Assembly: GCA_963845845.1 (NCBI GenBank)
Contig: CAWJTP010000028.1
Span: 15,643-79,642, forward strand
Source of the DNA: an uncultured Cytophagales bacterium
GTDB lineage: Bacteria > Bacteroidota > Bacteroidia > Cytophagales > Cyclobacteriaceae
Direction: 5' to 3'
Length of the DNA: 64,000 nucleotides
Shown here: positions 55,002 through 64,000 of the stretch, in pieces
Position numbering within the stretch: the first letter of the stretch is position 1
How the letters are laid out: every line of letters starts with the position of its first letter
Program-made: the position numbers and the translations under genes
The notes under the pieces: generated by a model
The model's input: the letters and a program-made list of their open reading frames with translations, nothing else
Told to the model about the DNA's origin: nothing
The model's database searches: none

Positions 55002-55560
55002 GTTTTTGTTCCATACAAAGCTTCAGATTCCTCTTTCCGTTTTGTATGTAGCTCTTTACTTTATTGTCGTCGTAGCCCGTCAGTTGGACAATCTCTTTAT
55101 AACATTTCTGCTCCAGGTAGAACAAGCTTACGCACTGTTTCTGTTCCAGCGCGAGCTGCCCAATGCAATCCTCCAATTTACTGAGATTTGACTCCATTTG
55201 TGGCTCTTCTTCCAGATGCGAACCGGCCTCATTTTCCATAAGGAACGGGGAGATATCTTCGAAATTCCTGCCTTTTCGGCCTCTGAGCGCCATCAGGCTA
55301 TAATTCCGGGCTGTTACGTAGAGCCAGCTTTTAAAGTGCGTAACCTCATGTTCCCGCAGTGTCGTCACAAGCTTTTCAAAGATCTGCATGACGGCATCGC
55401 GGCTCTCTTCGCGGTCTTTCAGGTACTTCATGCATACACCATAGACCATCGTCATGTACCGGGAATACAATTCACCCAAAAGTGCGACATCACCTGAGTC
55501 CTTGTATTGCTGTACCAGTTCCAGGTCAGGCAACGCATTATGTTTCGCGGGGGAAAGCAT
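54994..55560 (-). CDS. ECF sigma-70 factor
   Basis: DAVMQIFEKL, FKSWLYVTARN, YKEIVQLTG...VKSYIQNGKRNL. Confidence 0.92.
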   Translation of the reverse strand: MLSPAKHNALPDLELVQQYKDSGDVALLGELYSRYMTMVYGVCMKYLKDREESRDAVMQIFEKLVTTLREHEVTHFKSWLYVTARNYSLMALRGRKGRNFEDISPFLMENEAGSHLEEEPQMESNLSKLEDCIGQLALEQKQCVSLFYLEQKCYKEIVQLTGYDDNKVKSYIQNGKRNLKLCMEQKHE

Positions 55561-55644
55561 TCTTGAAAATTAATAAAAAACCCCAAGACCCTTATGGAAT
55601 CCTGGATGGTGAAGCATCTCAGAAGCAAATCAAATTCATCGAAC

Positions 55645-57504
55645 ATGAAAAAAGCAATTTGGATTCTCTCAACATTACTCGTGCTAATGTCTGCATTCAG
55701 ATCACCGCAGCAGCGCAGCATTACCGGAAGGGTCACTGATATTAATGACGGCAGTGGCATACCTGGTGTAAATGTGACGGTTAAAGGCACAACCAATGGG
55801 ACCGTAACCGATGCATCAGGCAGATACAGTGTCGCAGTCGGAGAAAATGCTACGCTGATATTCGCATTTATCGGCTATGAAAGCCAAAACATCAAGGTCG
55901 GCAAGCGATCTGTTGTCGACGTGAAATTATCACCCGACATCAAGGCGTTGCAAGAAGTGGTTGTTACAGGCCAAACGCCTGCAGGAGAACCTGAACGGGA
56001 TCGAAAGGATGCCGCTAAAATAATGTCAGGAAGGATGTATGGCACTGCAATAGTTGCCCAGGATGACTATTATGAACAACCTCATAACACTGAAGAATAC
56101 GATGCGATCAATGAGAACATTTTTCATGAAGCATTAAAAAATCCCTTATCGACTTTTTCCATAGATGTGGATGCGGCCTCCTACAGCAACATGAGACGCT
56201 TTATCAACAATGGCGATCGCCCACCAAAAGATGCTGTCCGCATAGAAGAGATGGTCAACTACTTTGACTATGACTATAAGCAGCCAGGCAATGAACATCC
56301 TTTTCAGGTTATCACCGAGATATCCACTGCACCCTGGAATAAAGCACATAAGCTCGTTCACATTGGATTGCAAGGCAGGAACATCCCAACAAAAGACCTT
56401 CCTCCCTCAAACCTCGTGTTTCTGATAGATGTATCCGGTTCAATGGATCAGCCCAATAAGCTCCCGTTGCTGAAAGCTTCTTTCAAGATGCTGGTCGATC
56501 AGCTGCGCGATGAAGATCACGTTGCTATTGTAGTATATGCCGGCGCTGCGGGACTTGTACTTGAACCTACGGGTGGTGAAGAAAAACACAAGATCATTGA
56601 TGCACTTGACAAGCTTCACGCGGGTGGTTCAACTGCAGGGGGCGCTGGTATCAACCTGGCGTACGAAGTAGCAAAGGAACACTTTAAAGCAAAAGGAAAT
56701 AACCGTGTCATACTTGCCACCGATGGCGACTTCAATATTGGTGAATCAAGCAACGCCTCCATGGAAAGACTTATCGAAGAGAAAAGAAAGGACGGCGTCT
56801 TCCTTACTGTACTGGGATTTGGAATGGGCAACTATAAAGATTCCAAGATGGAGATACTGGCAGATAAGGGCAATGGTAATTATGCATACATCGATAACAT
56901 CACAGAATCGAGAAAGGTACTCGTCAATGAGTTTGGCGGAACCTTGTTCACCATCGCGAAAGATGTAAAGATCCAGGTTGAGTTCAACCCTTCGCGCGTG
57001 AAAGCTTACAGGCTTATCGGTTACGAGAACAGAATGCTGAAGAGCGAAGACTTTAACAATGACAAGAAGGATGCAGGTGAGCTTGGTTCCGGACATACAG
57101 TCACAGCGTTGTACGAGATCGTTCCAGTTGGGGGTGAAGACGTCGCGGGCAGCATTGATCCGCTGAAGTATCAAAGCGTTAAGGTCGATCCTGCCAGGAA
57201 AATATCGGATGAACTGATGACGATCAAGCTGCGCTATAAGAAGCCTGATGAGGATGTCAGCAGACTGATCGTTCATCCGCTCCTGGATTCAAACACTTCA
57301 CTTGCCAGGACCTCCGACAACTTCAGATGGTCTGCGTCTGTTGCAGCATTCGGTATGTTGCTTCGCGAATCGGAGTATGTGAAGAACTTCAGCTACGACC
57401 AGGTGGTTCAGCTTGCGGAAGGTTCAAAGGGTATTGATAAGGAAGGATATAGGATTGAGTTCATCAACATGGTGAAGTCATTTGGTCATGTGGCGAGTAG
57501 ATAA
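55645..57504 (+). CDS. YfbK-like vWA domain protein with N-terminal CarboxypepD_reg-like domain
   Basis: STFSIDVDAASYS, LIDVSGSM (MIDAS), LATDGDFN, YRLIGYENR, DAGELGSGHTVTALYE. Confidence 0.9.
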   Translation: MKKAIWILSTLLVLMSAFRSPQQRSITGRVTDINDGSGIPGVNVTVKGTTNGTVTDASGRYSVAVGENATLIFAFIGYESQNIKVGKRSVVDVKLSPDIKALQEVVVTGQTPAGEPERDRKDAAKIMSGRMYGTAIVAQDDYYEQPHNTEEYDAINENIFHEALKNPLSTFSIDVDAASYSNMRRFINNGDRPPKDAVRIEEMVNYFDYDYKQPGNEHPFQVITEISTAPWNKAHKLVHIGLQGRNIPTKDLPPSNLVFLIDVSGSMDQPNKLPLLKASFKMLVDQLRDEDHVAIVVYAGAAGLVLEPTGGEEKHKIIDALDKLHAGGSTAGGAGINLAYEVAKEHFKAKGNNRVILATDGDFNIGESSNASMERLIEEKRKDGVFLTVLGFGMGNYKDSKMEILADKGNGNYAYIDNITESRKVLVNEFGGTLFTIAKDVKIQVEFNPSRVKAYRLIGYENRMLKSEDFNNDKKDAGELGSGHTVTALYEIVPVGGEDVAGSIDPLKYQSVKVDPARKISDELMTIKLRYKKPDEDVSRLIVHPLLDSNTSLARTSDNFRWSASVAAFGMLLRESEYVKNFSYDQVVQLAEGSKGIDKEGYRIEFINMVKSFGHVASR

Positions 57505-57506
57505 TT

Positions 57507-57572
57507 AAACCGCAAGGGCCAAAGGCGCAAAGGAAATGCAAGAGTCTTTGCGTCTTTGCGCCTTTGCGGTTA
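57507..57572. repeat. Dispersed accgca-type palindromic repeat, copy 4
   Basis: aaccgcaagggccaaaggcgcaaag...ctttgcgtctttgcgcctttgcggtt. Confidence 0.75.
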
Positions 57573-57585
57573 TATCTTTGGGCCC

Positions 57586-59190
57586 ATGGTTAAGATCAGC
57601 GCCGTCATCATCACTTACAATGAAGAGAAACACATCGGCCGCTGTATCGATTCTATCTTACCCGTAGCCGATGAGGTTGTTGTGGTCGACTCATTTTCCG
57701 GGGACAACACCAAGGCTATTTGTTTGTCGAAAGGCGTAAAGTTCATTGAGCATCCCTTCGGTTCACATATCGACCAGAAGAATTTTGCAATAGCACAGGC
57801 CACGCACGATCAGATATTGTCTCTCGATGGAGATGAATATTTATCTGAAACACTTCAAAGTTCGATTGCCAAAGTTAAAAGCACATGGCCGTTGCAAGCC
57901 TATACCATGAACCGGTTAAATCAATATGCCGATAAATGGATCAGGCATGGAAGCTGGTACCCTGATAAAAAGATCAGGTTATGGGACAGAAGACTCGGTG
58001 TCTTCGGAGGATTGAATCCGCATGACCACGTTATCCTTAATCAGGGAACACCTATTCAGCATCTTGATGGCGATCTTATGCACCTGGCATACCAGAACGC
58101 GTCGCAGCTGATCAACAAGGCTCAGCAATACTCTTCCATCTTTGCCGGTCAGATGGCCTATAAGAGAAGGGTCTCAACATTCACGATCCTCTATAAAAGC
58201 TTTTTCTCTTTTATCAAGAGTTACTTCTTAAAGATGGGTCTGCTGGACGGTTACGAAGGACTTGTCATATCCGTGTCGACTGCCAATGGTGTCTTTTATA
58301 AATATTCAAAGTTGCTTGAGGCAAACCGGTCGGTGAAGACTTCGTTGATCATTACAACATACAATAGGAAGGATGCGCTTGAGCTCGTTCTGCGAAGCGC
58401 ACTAAAACTGGATCCGATGCCCGAGGAGATCATCATTGCCGACGATGGATCAAGGGATGATACTCTTCAGCTGGTACAAAATTTTATACCAAAGTTCAAT
58501 ATTCCAGTAAGACATTGCTGGCATGAAGACAAGGGTTTCAGATTGGCGATGATCAGAAACAAAGCTATTGCTATGGCCGAAAACCCCTACGTCGTCATGA
58601 TCGATGGTGATATGGTAATGCCTCCCGGTTTTATTGGAGATCATAAACGCGCTGCCTGGACGAAGCGTGTTGTACAAGGTTCGCGGGTATTATTGAGTGA
58701 AAGGTTAACTCAGGTAGCGCTTTCCGGGAATAAATCGGAATTCGGATTTTTTGAGAGCGGTGTGGGAAATAGAAAGAACACTATCAGAAGCGGGGTATTG
58801 AATACGATGTTTTCTTATGATAATAGCAACATATATCGCGTAAGGGGTGCCAATATGGCTTTCTGGAAATCGGATGTCATGGCCGTTAACGGTTTTAATG
58901 AGGATTTTCAGGGATGGGGTCGTGAGGATTCTGAGTTCATCGTACGCATGCTGAATTCGGGCATTAAGAAATTTCACATGAAATTTGCCGGCGCTGCTTA
59001 TCATTTATATCATCCCGAGAATTCGAGGACGTTGTTGCCCCACAATCAGGAGATCGTTGATAAAGCCGTGAGGGACAAGACCGTGCGGTGCGAGAATGGG
59101 ATTGATAAATATGTGTCGGGAAGCCCTCACCGCAGAGACGCGAAGATCGCCAAGGACCGCGAAGAGCTTAGCGGTCCTCCGCGTACTTAG
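57586..59190 (+). CDS. Tandem two-domain GT2 glycosyltransferase
   Basis: Domain 1: ISAVIITYNEE, VVDSFSGD, LDGDE, WYPD. Domain 2: TSLIITTYNR, IADDGS, MIDGD, NGFNEDFQGWGRED, HLYH. Confidence 0.9.
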   Translation: MVKISAVIITYNEEKHIGRCIDSILPVADEVVVVDSFSGDNTKAICLSKGVKFIEHPFGSHIDQKNFAIAQATHDQILSLDGDEYLSETLQSSIAKVKSTWPLQAYTMNRLNQYADKWIRHGSWYPDKKIRLWDRRLGVFGGLNPHDHVILNQGTPIQHLDGDLMHLAYQNASQLINKAQQYSSIFAGQMAYKRRVSTFTILYKSFFSFIKSYFLKMGLLDGYEGLVISVSTANGVFYKYSKLLEANRSVKTSLIITTYNRKDALELVLRSALKLDPMPEEIIIADDGSRDDTLQLVQNFIPKFNIPVRHCWHEDKGFRLAMIRNKAIAMAENPYVVMIDGDMVMPPGFIGDHKRAAWTKRVVQGSRVLLSERLTQVALSGNKSEFGFFESGVGNRKNTIRSGVLNTMFSYDNSNIYRVRGANMAFWKSDVMAVNGFNEDFQGWGREDSEFIVRMLNSGIKKFHMKFAGAAYHLYHPENSRTLLPHNQEIVDKAVRDKTVRCENGIDKYVSGSPHRRDAKIAKDREELSGPPRT

Positions 59191-59205
59191 CGTCTTCGCG
59201 GTGAA
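59127..59205. repeat. Dispersed accgcagagacgc-type palindromic repeat, copy 5
   Basis: tcaccgcagagacgcgaag...cttagcgtcttcgcggtgaa, overlapping the GT2 3' end. Confidence 0.75.
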
Positions 59206-59250
59206 ACTGGGCAAGGACACATCATATTTTTCACTATTTTTAGACCCCTG

Positions 59251-59841
59251 ATGGAACCAGAAGAGGCACCAAAACAACATTACTCGGCCGCTGAGAAAGA
59301 GAACATCTTTAATAATGAGTTTATGCCTCATATAAACTCCATGTACAACTTTGGTTATCGCCTAACACTGGACCAGGATGATTCGAAAGACCTTGTCCAG
59401 GATACCTATTTAAAGGCGTACCGTTTCATCGATTCTTTTCAACAAGGAACTAATGCTAAAGCATGGCTGTTCCGAATTTTGAAAAACAGCTTCATTAATG
59501 ACTACCGAAAGAAGAGCAAAGAGCCTTCGAAGGTAGATTATCAGGAAGTAGAAAGTTATTATAACTCCGAAGAGGTTGACAGGCAAATAACGCCCGATCT
59601 GCGTGTGGAGGCGCTGAAAGATATGATCGGGGATGAGATTTCAAATGCCCTCAACTCGCTGGATGTGGATTTCAGAACTGTAATTATATTGTGCGACTTT
59701 GAAGGATTTAAGTACGATGAAATGGCAAAGATCCTTGACATTCCAATTGGAACGGTGCGAAGCCGATTGCATCGGGCGCGCAATCTGCTGAAAGAAAAAC
59801 TTAGTGAATACGCTAAACAAATGGGTTATAAAACTGCCTAA
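59251..59841 (+). CDS. ECF sigma-70 factor (SigH/SigR-like)
   Basis: DLVQDTYLKAYRF..FQQGTNAKAWLFRILKN, PIGTVRSRLHRAR. Confidence 0.93.
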   Translation: MEPEEAPKQHYSAAEKENIFNNEFMPHINSMYNFGYRLTLDQDDSKDLVQDTYLKAYRFIDSFQQGTNAKAWLFRILKNSFINDYRKKSKEPSKVDYQEVESYYNSEEVDRQITPDLRVEALKDMIGDEISNALNSLDVDFRTVIILCDFEGFKYDEMAKILDIPIGTVRSRLHRARNLLKEKLSEYAKQMGYKTA

Positions 59842-59845
59842 GCCT

Positions 59846-60129
59846 ATGAGTAATCCTGACCAGAACCAAATGAAGCAAGAATGTGCGAATCAGCGCGAAT
59901 GCATGGAAATGCTTCAATTGATCGTCGATGGAGAAGCATCTCCCGAACAAAAAGAACACTTTTTAAGCATCACCTCGAAGAATGCATGCCTTGCTACAAA
60001 AATTATCACCTGGAAGTAGCCATTCGTCAACTTCTAAAAAATAAATGCACTGGTCAGGCCCCGCAGGAACTAGTTGACAGCATAAAAGCCAAAGTCATTC
60101 AAAACCTGGCTCAGCTAAATGGCAGGTAA
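59846..60129 (+). CDS. Zinc-binding anti-sigma factor (HxxxCxxC; indel)
   Basis: EMLQLIVDGE, then HLEECMPC in the shifted frame. Confidence 0.8.
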
Positions 60130-60694
60130 AGCGATTATTTTTTCTGCTCCATCCGGTTCAGGAAAAACAACTATTGTTAAACATCTGCTTGAAACAAAAT
60201 CCTGATTTAGGTTTTTCAATTTCAGCCTCCACCCGCGATAAACGCGGCCGCACAGAAGCCCATGGCAAAGATTATTATTTTCTTACGCCCGAAGAATTTA
60301 AAAAAAAAATTGATAACGATGACTTTCATTGAATGGGAAGAAGTGTATGAAGGAAATTTTTATGGCACACTAAAATCCGAAATTGATCGCATATGGGCGC
60401 TGGGCAAAAATGTAATTTTTGATGTTGATGTAAAAGGCGGATTAAATCTGAAAAAATATTTTGGTGAAAAGGCATTATCCATTTTCGTGAAGGTTCCTTC
60501 GCTGGAAATTCTGAAAGAAAGACTGCGTGATCGCGGAACACGGAATCCGAAGAAAGCTTCTCCAGACAGATTATTCAAGGCAAATTTCGAAATGATCTTT
60601 TCAGGATAAGTTTGATGTGGTGCTTGTCAATGAAGATCTTAACAAATCATTGGCCGAAGCTCAACGCATCTATGAATCATTCAAGACGAGATAA
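60119..60694 (+). CDS. gmk: Guanylate kinase (indels)
   Basis: SAPSGSGKTT read manually; FSISASTR, EWEEVYEGNFYGT, FDVDVKGG. Confidence 0.92.
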
Positions 60695-60791
60695 TAAACC
60701 CGTATCACGCCTTTGCATTAACTTCGTGTGGCCCTGTATTTCCAAATGGATTTCACGAAAGTTGAGAGCAACACGGAGATTTAAACATCAA

Positions 60792-61379
60792 TTAAAGACT
60801 CAGAAAATCGGTTTATTCTTCGGTTCATTTAATCCCATCCACATGGGGCATATCATCATTGCCAACCTGATGGCGGAAACCACCGATTTGAAAAAAGTCT
60901 GGTTTGTAGTCTCACCGCAAAATCCTTTTAAGCCAAGCAAAGGACTTCTTCACGAATTTGACCGATATGATCATGGTGCGGGCTGCAATCCACGATAATT
61001 ATAAGCTCGAAGTATCCGATGTAGAATTTCACCTCCCCAAACCCAGCTATACTATTCATACCCTGGTGCATCTGCAGGAAAAACATCCTGAAAAAGAGTT
61101 CAGAATAATAATCGGAGAAGACAATCTCGTGAACTTTACCAAGTGGAAAAATTATCAGCAGATCCTTGAAAGACTATGGATTATACGTTTATCCACGACC
61201 CAACACGCAACTTTCTGAACTCAGAACGCATCCTAACGTTAACTATGGTTGAAGCTCCGATGCTGGATATTTCCGCAACTTTTATACGCAATTGCATCCG
61301 AAACAAACAATCGGTGCGTTATCTTGTTCCAGATGCTGTTGAGGAGAGGATCAGGGCAAAGGGCTTTTATCTGGATTAA
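60792..61379 (+). CDS. nadD: Nicotinate-nucleotide adenylyltransferase (indels; start approximate)
   Basis: IGLFFGSFNPIHMGH, VSPQNPFK, PSYTIHTL, IGEDNL..KWKNY, DISATFIR. Confidence 0.92.
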
Positions 61380-61397
61380 ACCATTAGGGCATGGCTG

Positions 61398-64000
61398 ATG
61401 AGCGTTTCTACACTATCCATTTTTCTGCGTATATCGTTAACGGGAGTTATTCTCTTAGTCATCATTGCGTCGGCGTCAGCTTTTGTCGGCGGCGTGCGAG
61501 GCATTATCAAAAACGAGAAGGACGAACCCCTGGCCTACACGACAATTTTCGTAAAGCAGACCGGCAGCGGAACTACCACCAACGTCGATGGCTCATTATG
61601 AAATCAGCTTGCGCCAGGAAAATATGAAGTGGTCTTCCAGTTCTTAGGATACGAAACCGTCGTCAAAGAGGTCGAAATAACAGACACCTTCATAACCTTG
61701 ATGTCGTGCTTCACGAGCAGGCCAGAATGCTCGAAACAGTGATCGTTACCAGCGATGCCGAAGATCCCGCCTATACCATCATGCGAAAAGCCATCGCGAA
61801 AGCAAAATATCATCAGCAACAGATCGACCGGTTCACCGCCAGGGTATACATTAAAGGCGCTGGCCAGCTAAAAGATTATCCATGGCTTGCCAAAAGAGCG
61901 ATCGAAAAAGAGGGCATTAAAAAAGGTGAAGTCTTTGTTTCCGAATCAGTCAGCGACATCAAGTATACACGTCCCAATAAATTTGAAGAAAAGGTAATAT
62001 CCATCCGCAGCGACGGTAAGGATAACAACACATCGCCCAATCAATATATTTTCGGAAGCTTTTATGAGCCCGAAATTGCTGAAACGGTTTCACCCCTTTC
62101 GCCAAAGGCATTTTCATACTACAAGTTCGAATACCTGGGCACTTTCAAAGATCGCAATTATGAAGTAAGCCGGATCAAAGTCATTCCGCGGTCAAAAGGC
62201 GACAACGTGGTGGATGGTGTGATCTACATCGTTGAAGACTGGTGGAGTATTCACAGCATGGACATCCATACCACCAAAATGGGTATTGATATAAACATCA
62301 AGGCTGTTTATGCGCCGATCGATGACAAAGCATGGATGCCTGTATCCCACCGTTTCAAGGCCAGCGGAAAGATCTTTGGATTCGAGTTTGAATACAACTA
62401 TCTGGCTACTGTCAGTGGATATAAAATTGAGCTCAATCCGGAGTTGTATGTTGAAACAGAAAAGATGCAGGTGATCGACGAGAAGATAGAAAAAGAAAAA
62501 GCGAAAGAGATTACCGATAAAGCAGCAAACACGCAGAAAGCCGCCACCGCGGCTAAACCTGCTCCGACCACCAAAAAAGCAAAAAAGGAAGCGGAGACTA
62601 AACAGTTGCAGGAAAGGCTGAGCTCAGGAAAAGAGATCACGCGCAAAGAGCTCAACACCATTATCAAGGACTATGAAAAACAGGAGCTGAAGCAGCAGAA
62701 GGAACCTGAGGTGATCTCCGACAACACATTCAACATCGATAGCGGCGCCTACAAAAAAGATTCTGCTTATTGGGCAGAAACACGGCCTATTCCTCTCACG
62801 AAACTGGAGGTCAAAGGATATCAGAAAATGGATAGCCTCTCGAATGTGCAAAGGAAAAAAGAAGAGGGCGATACAACGAAAGGATCAAAGCACAAAGGCT
62901 TTCAGCCCTGGGACATTCTCATCGGAGATTACTATAAAATTGGAAAGCATTCAAACTTTAAGATCCATTTTCCAATGCCGGGGTTCAATACCGTGGAAGG
63001 ATGGAATTTTGTTTATAAAGTTTCATTCGGGACGATTTTACAGGATACCAACAAAACCCGGATCACCATTACACCGGCATTCCGTTATGCTTTCTCCCGC
63101 GAAGTAGCATCGGGTTATCTCAACTTTTCGATGCGCAATAAAAATGACAGGCTCGACATTCAGGGGGGACGTTACATCAAGCAATACAATCCGGACGAAC
63201 CTATCCTCCCCTTGGTGAATGATTTTACGACGCTGTTGATGGAGAAAAATCTCATGAAGATCTACGAACGAAAGTACATTGATCTGTCATACAGGCGTAA
63301 CCTCAACGTGTATGTCACTGTTGGTACCAATTGGTCGTGGAGTAACAGGACGGAACTCTTCAACACTTCCAACTATAAATGGGTGGACCGTGACAAGATC
63401 GAAGGATACACACCGAATGCGCCAGACAACAATGAATTGACCGATACGTCGTTCCCGGAACATCAGGCGTTTACGGGCAGTGTTTTCGTCCAGGCGCGTC
63501 CCTGGATCAAGTATACAATTCGCAATGGACACCGTCATATGGTACCTAATTCCTCACCGATGTTCAGGCTCGAATACCGTAAAGCATTTCCCAATGTGTT
63601 TGGAAGTGATGTCGACTATGATCAGCTGGAGGTTGGCATCAGGCACCGCGTAAAGGTTGGCGTACGTGGCAATGCTGATTTCTACCTCCGTGCGGGCATG
63701 TTCATGAACACCAATCAGATGTATTTCATGGACTATAAACACTTTCTGGGTAATCAGACACCTTTCATTACGAATGATCCCGTGGGTAGCTTCAGGCTCC
63801 TGGACTATTATAAGTACAGCACAGCCGATAAGTACTTCGCAGGTAATTTTCACTACCAATTCAGAAAATTTCTCGTCACGAACATCCCGTTGGTCCGGCT
63901 CGCCGGTATCCGCGAGAATATTTTCGTGAACTACCTGGCGACACCAACAGCCAGCAACTACACGGAAGTGGGATATTCAATTGACGGCATTCTGCGCATA
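61398..64000 (+). CDS. DUF5686-like outer-membrane protein with carboxypeptidase regulatory-like N-terminal domain (indels; runs off window, absent from ORF track)
   Basis: Manual reading: EPLAYTTIFVK..GTTTNVDG, EDPAYTIMRKAIAK, SPLSPKAFSYYKFEY, FNTVEGW, MYFMDYKHFLGNQT. Confidence 0.8.

Noticed and set aside
54346-55191. 281-aa plus-strand ORF and similar antisense ORFs throughout
   Set aside because: Shadow frames of well-supported genes on the opposite strand
45511-61700. Mass pseudogenisation or programmed frameshifting of housekeeping genes
   Set aside because: Breaks are small indels with intact sequence on both sides and hit essential genes; long-read error is more parsimonious

Overview
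Bacteroidota (probably Cytophagales) chromosomal window, judged from SusC/SusD genes and TTTG-N19-TAnnTTTG promoters. It has five parts. (1) 1-10.8 kb: a SusC/SusD locus with no visible glycoside hydrolase, encoding an apparently exported set of a Tat-signal SelA/DgaE-like PLP enzyme, two amidohydrolases, a sugar dehydrogenase-cytochrome c fusion and a CBM9-like protein. (2) 13.5-30.4 kb: a 17-kb, tightly packed operon of five very large, mostly uncharacterised proteins (1110, 1841 and 688 aa, a PhoD-like phosphatase with no signal peptide, and a ~1140-aa DUF6603-like beta-rich protein). (3) 30.7-40.5 kb: a ~9.8-kb tyrosine-integrase island at the 3' end of tRNA-Ser(TGA) with defence-like cargo. 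(4) 42.7-45.0 kb: an array of 153-bp palindromic units carrying two nearly identical DUF559 endonuclease genes embedded in the repeat. (5) 45.5-64 kb: housekeeping genes (clpS, recR, aminotransferase, LytS/LytTR, ECF sigmas, gmk, nadD) with a second, dispersed palindromic repeat family. Many single-base frameshifts, including in gmk and nadD, point to uncorrected long-read indels rather than true pseudogenes. Best candidates for an undescribed system are the DUF559/153-bp repeat module and the five-gene giant operon. All family assignments come from motif recognition by eye, not database searches.
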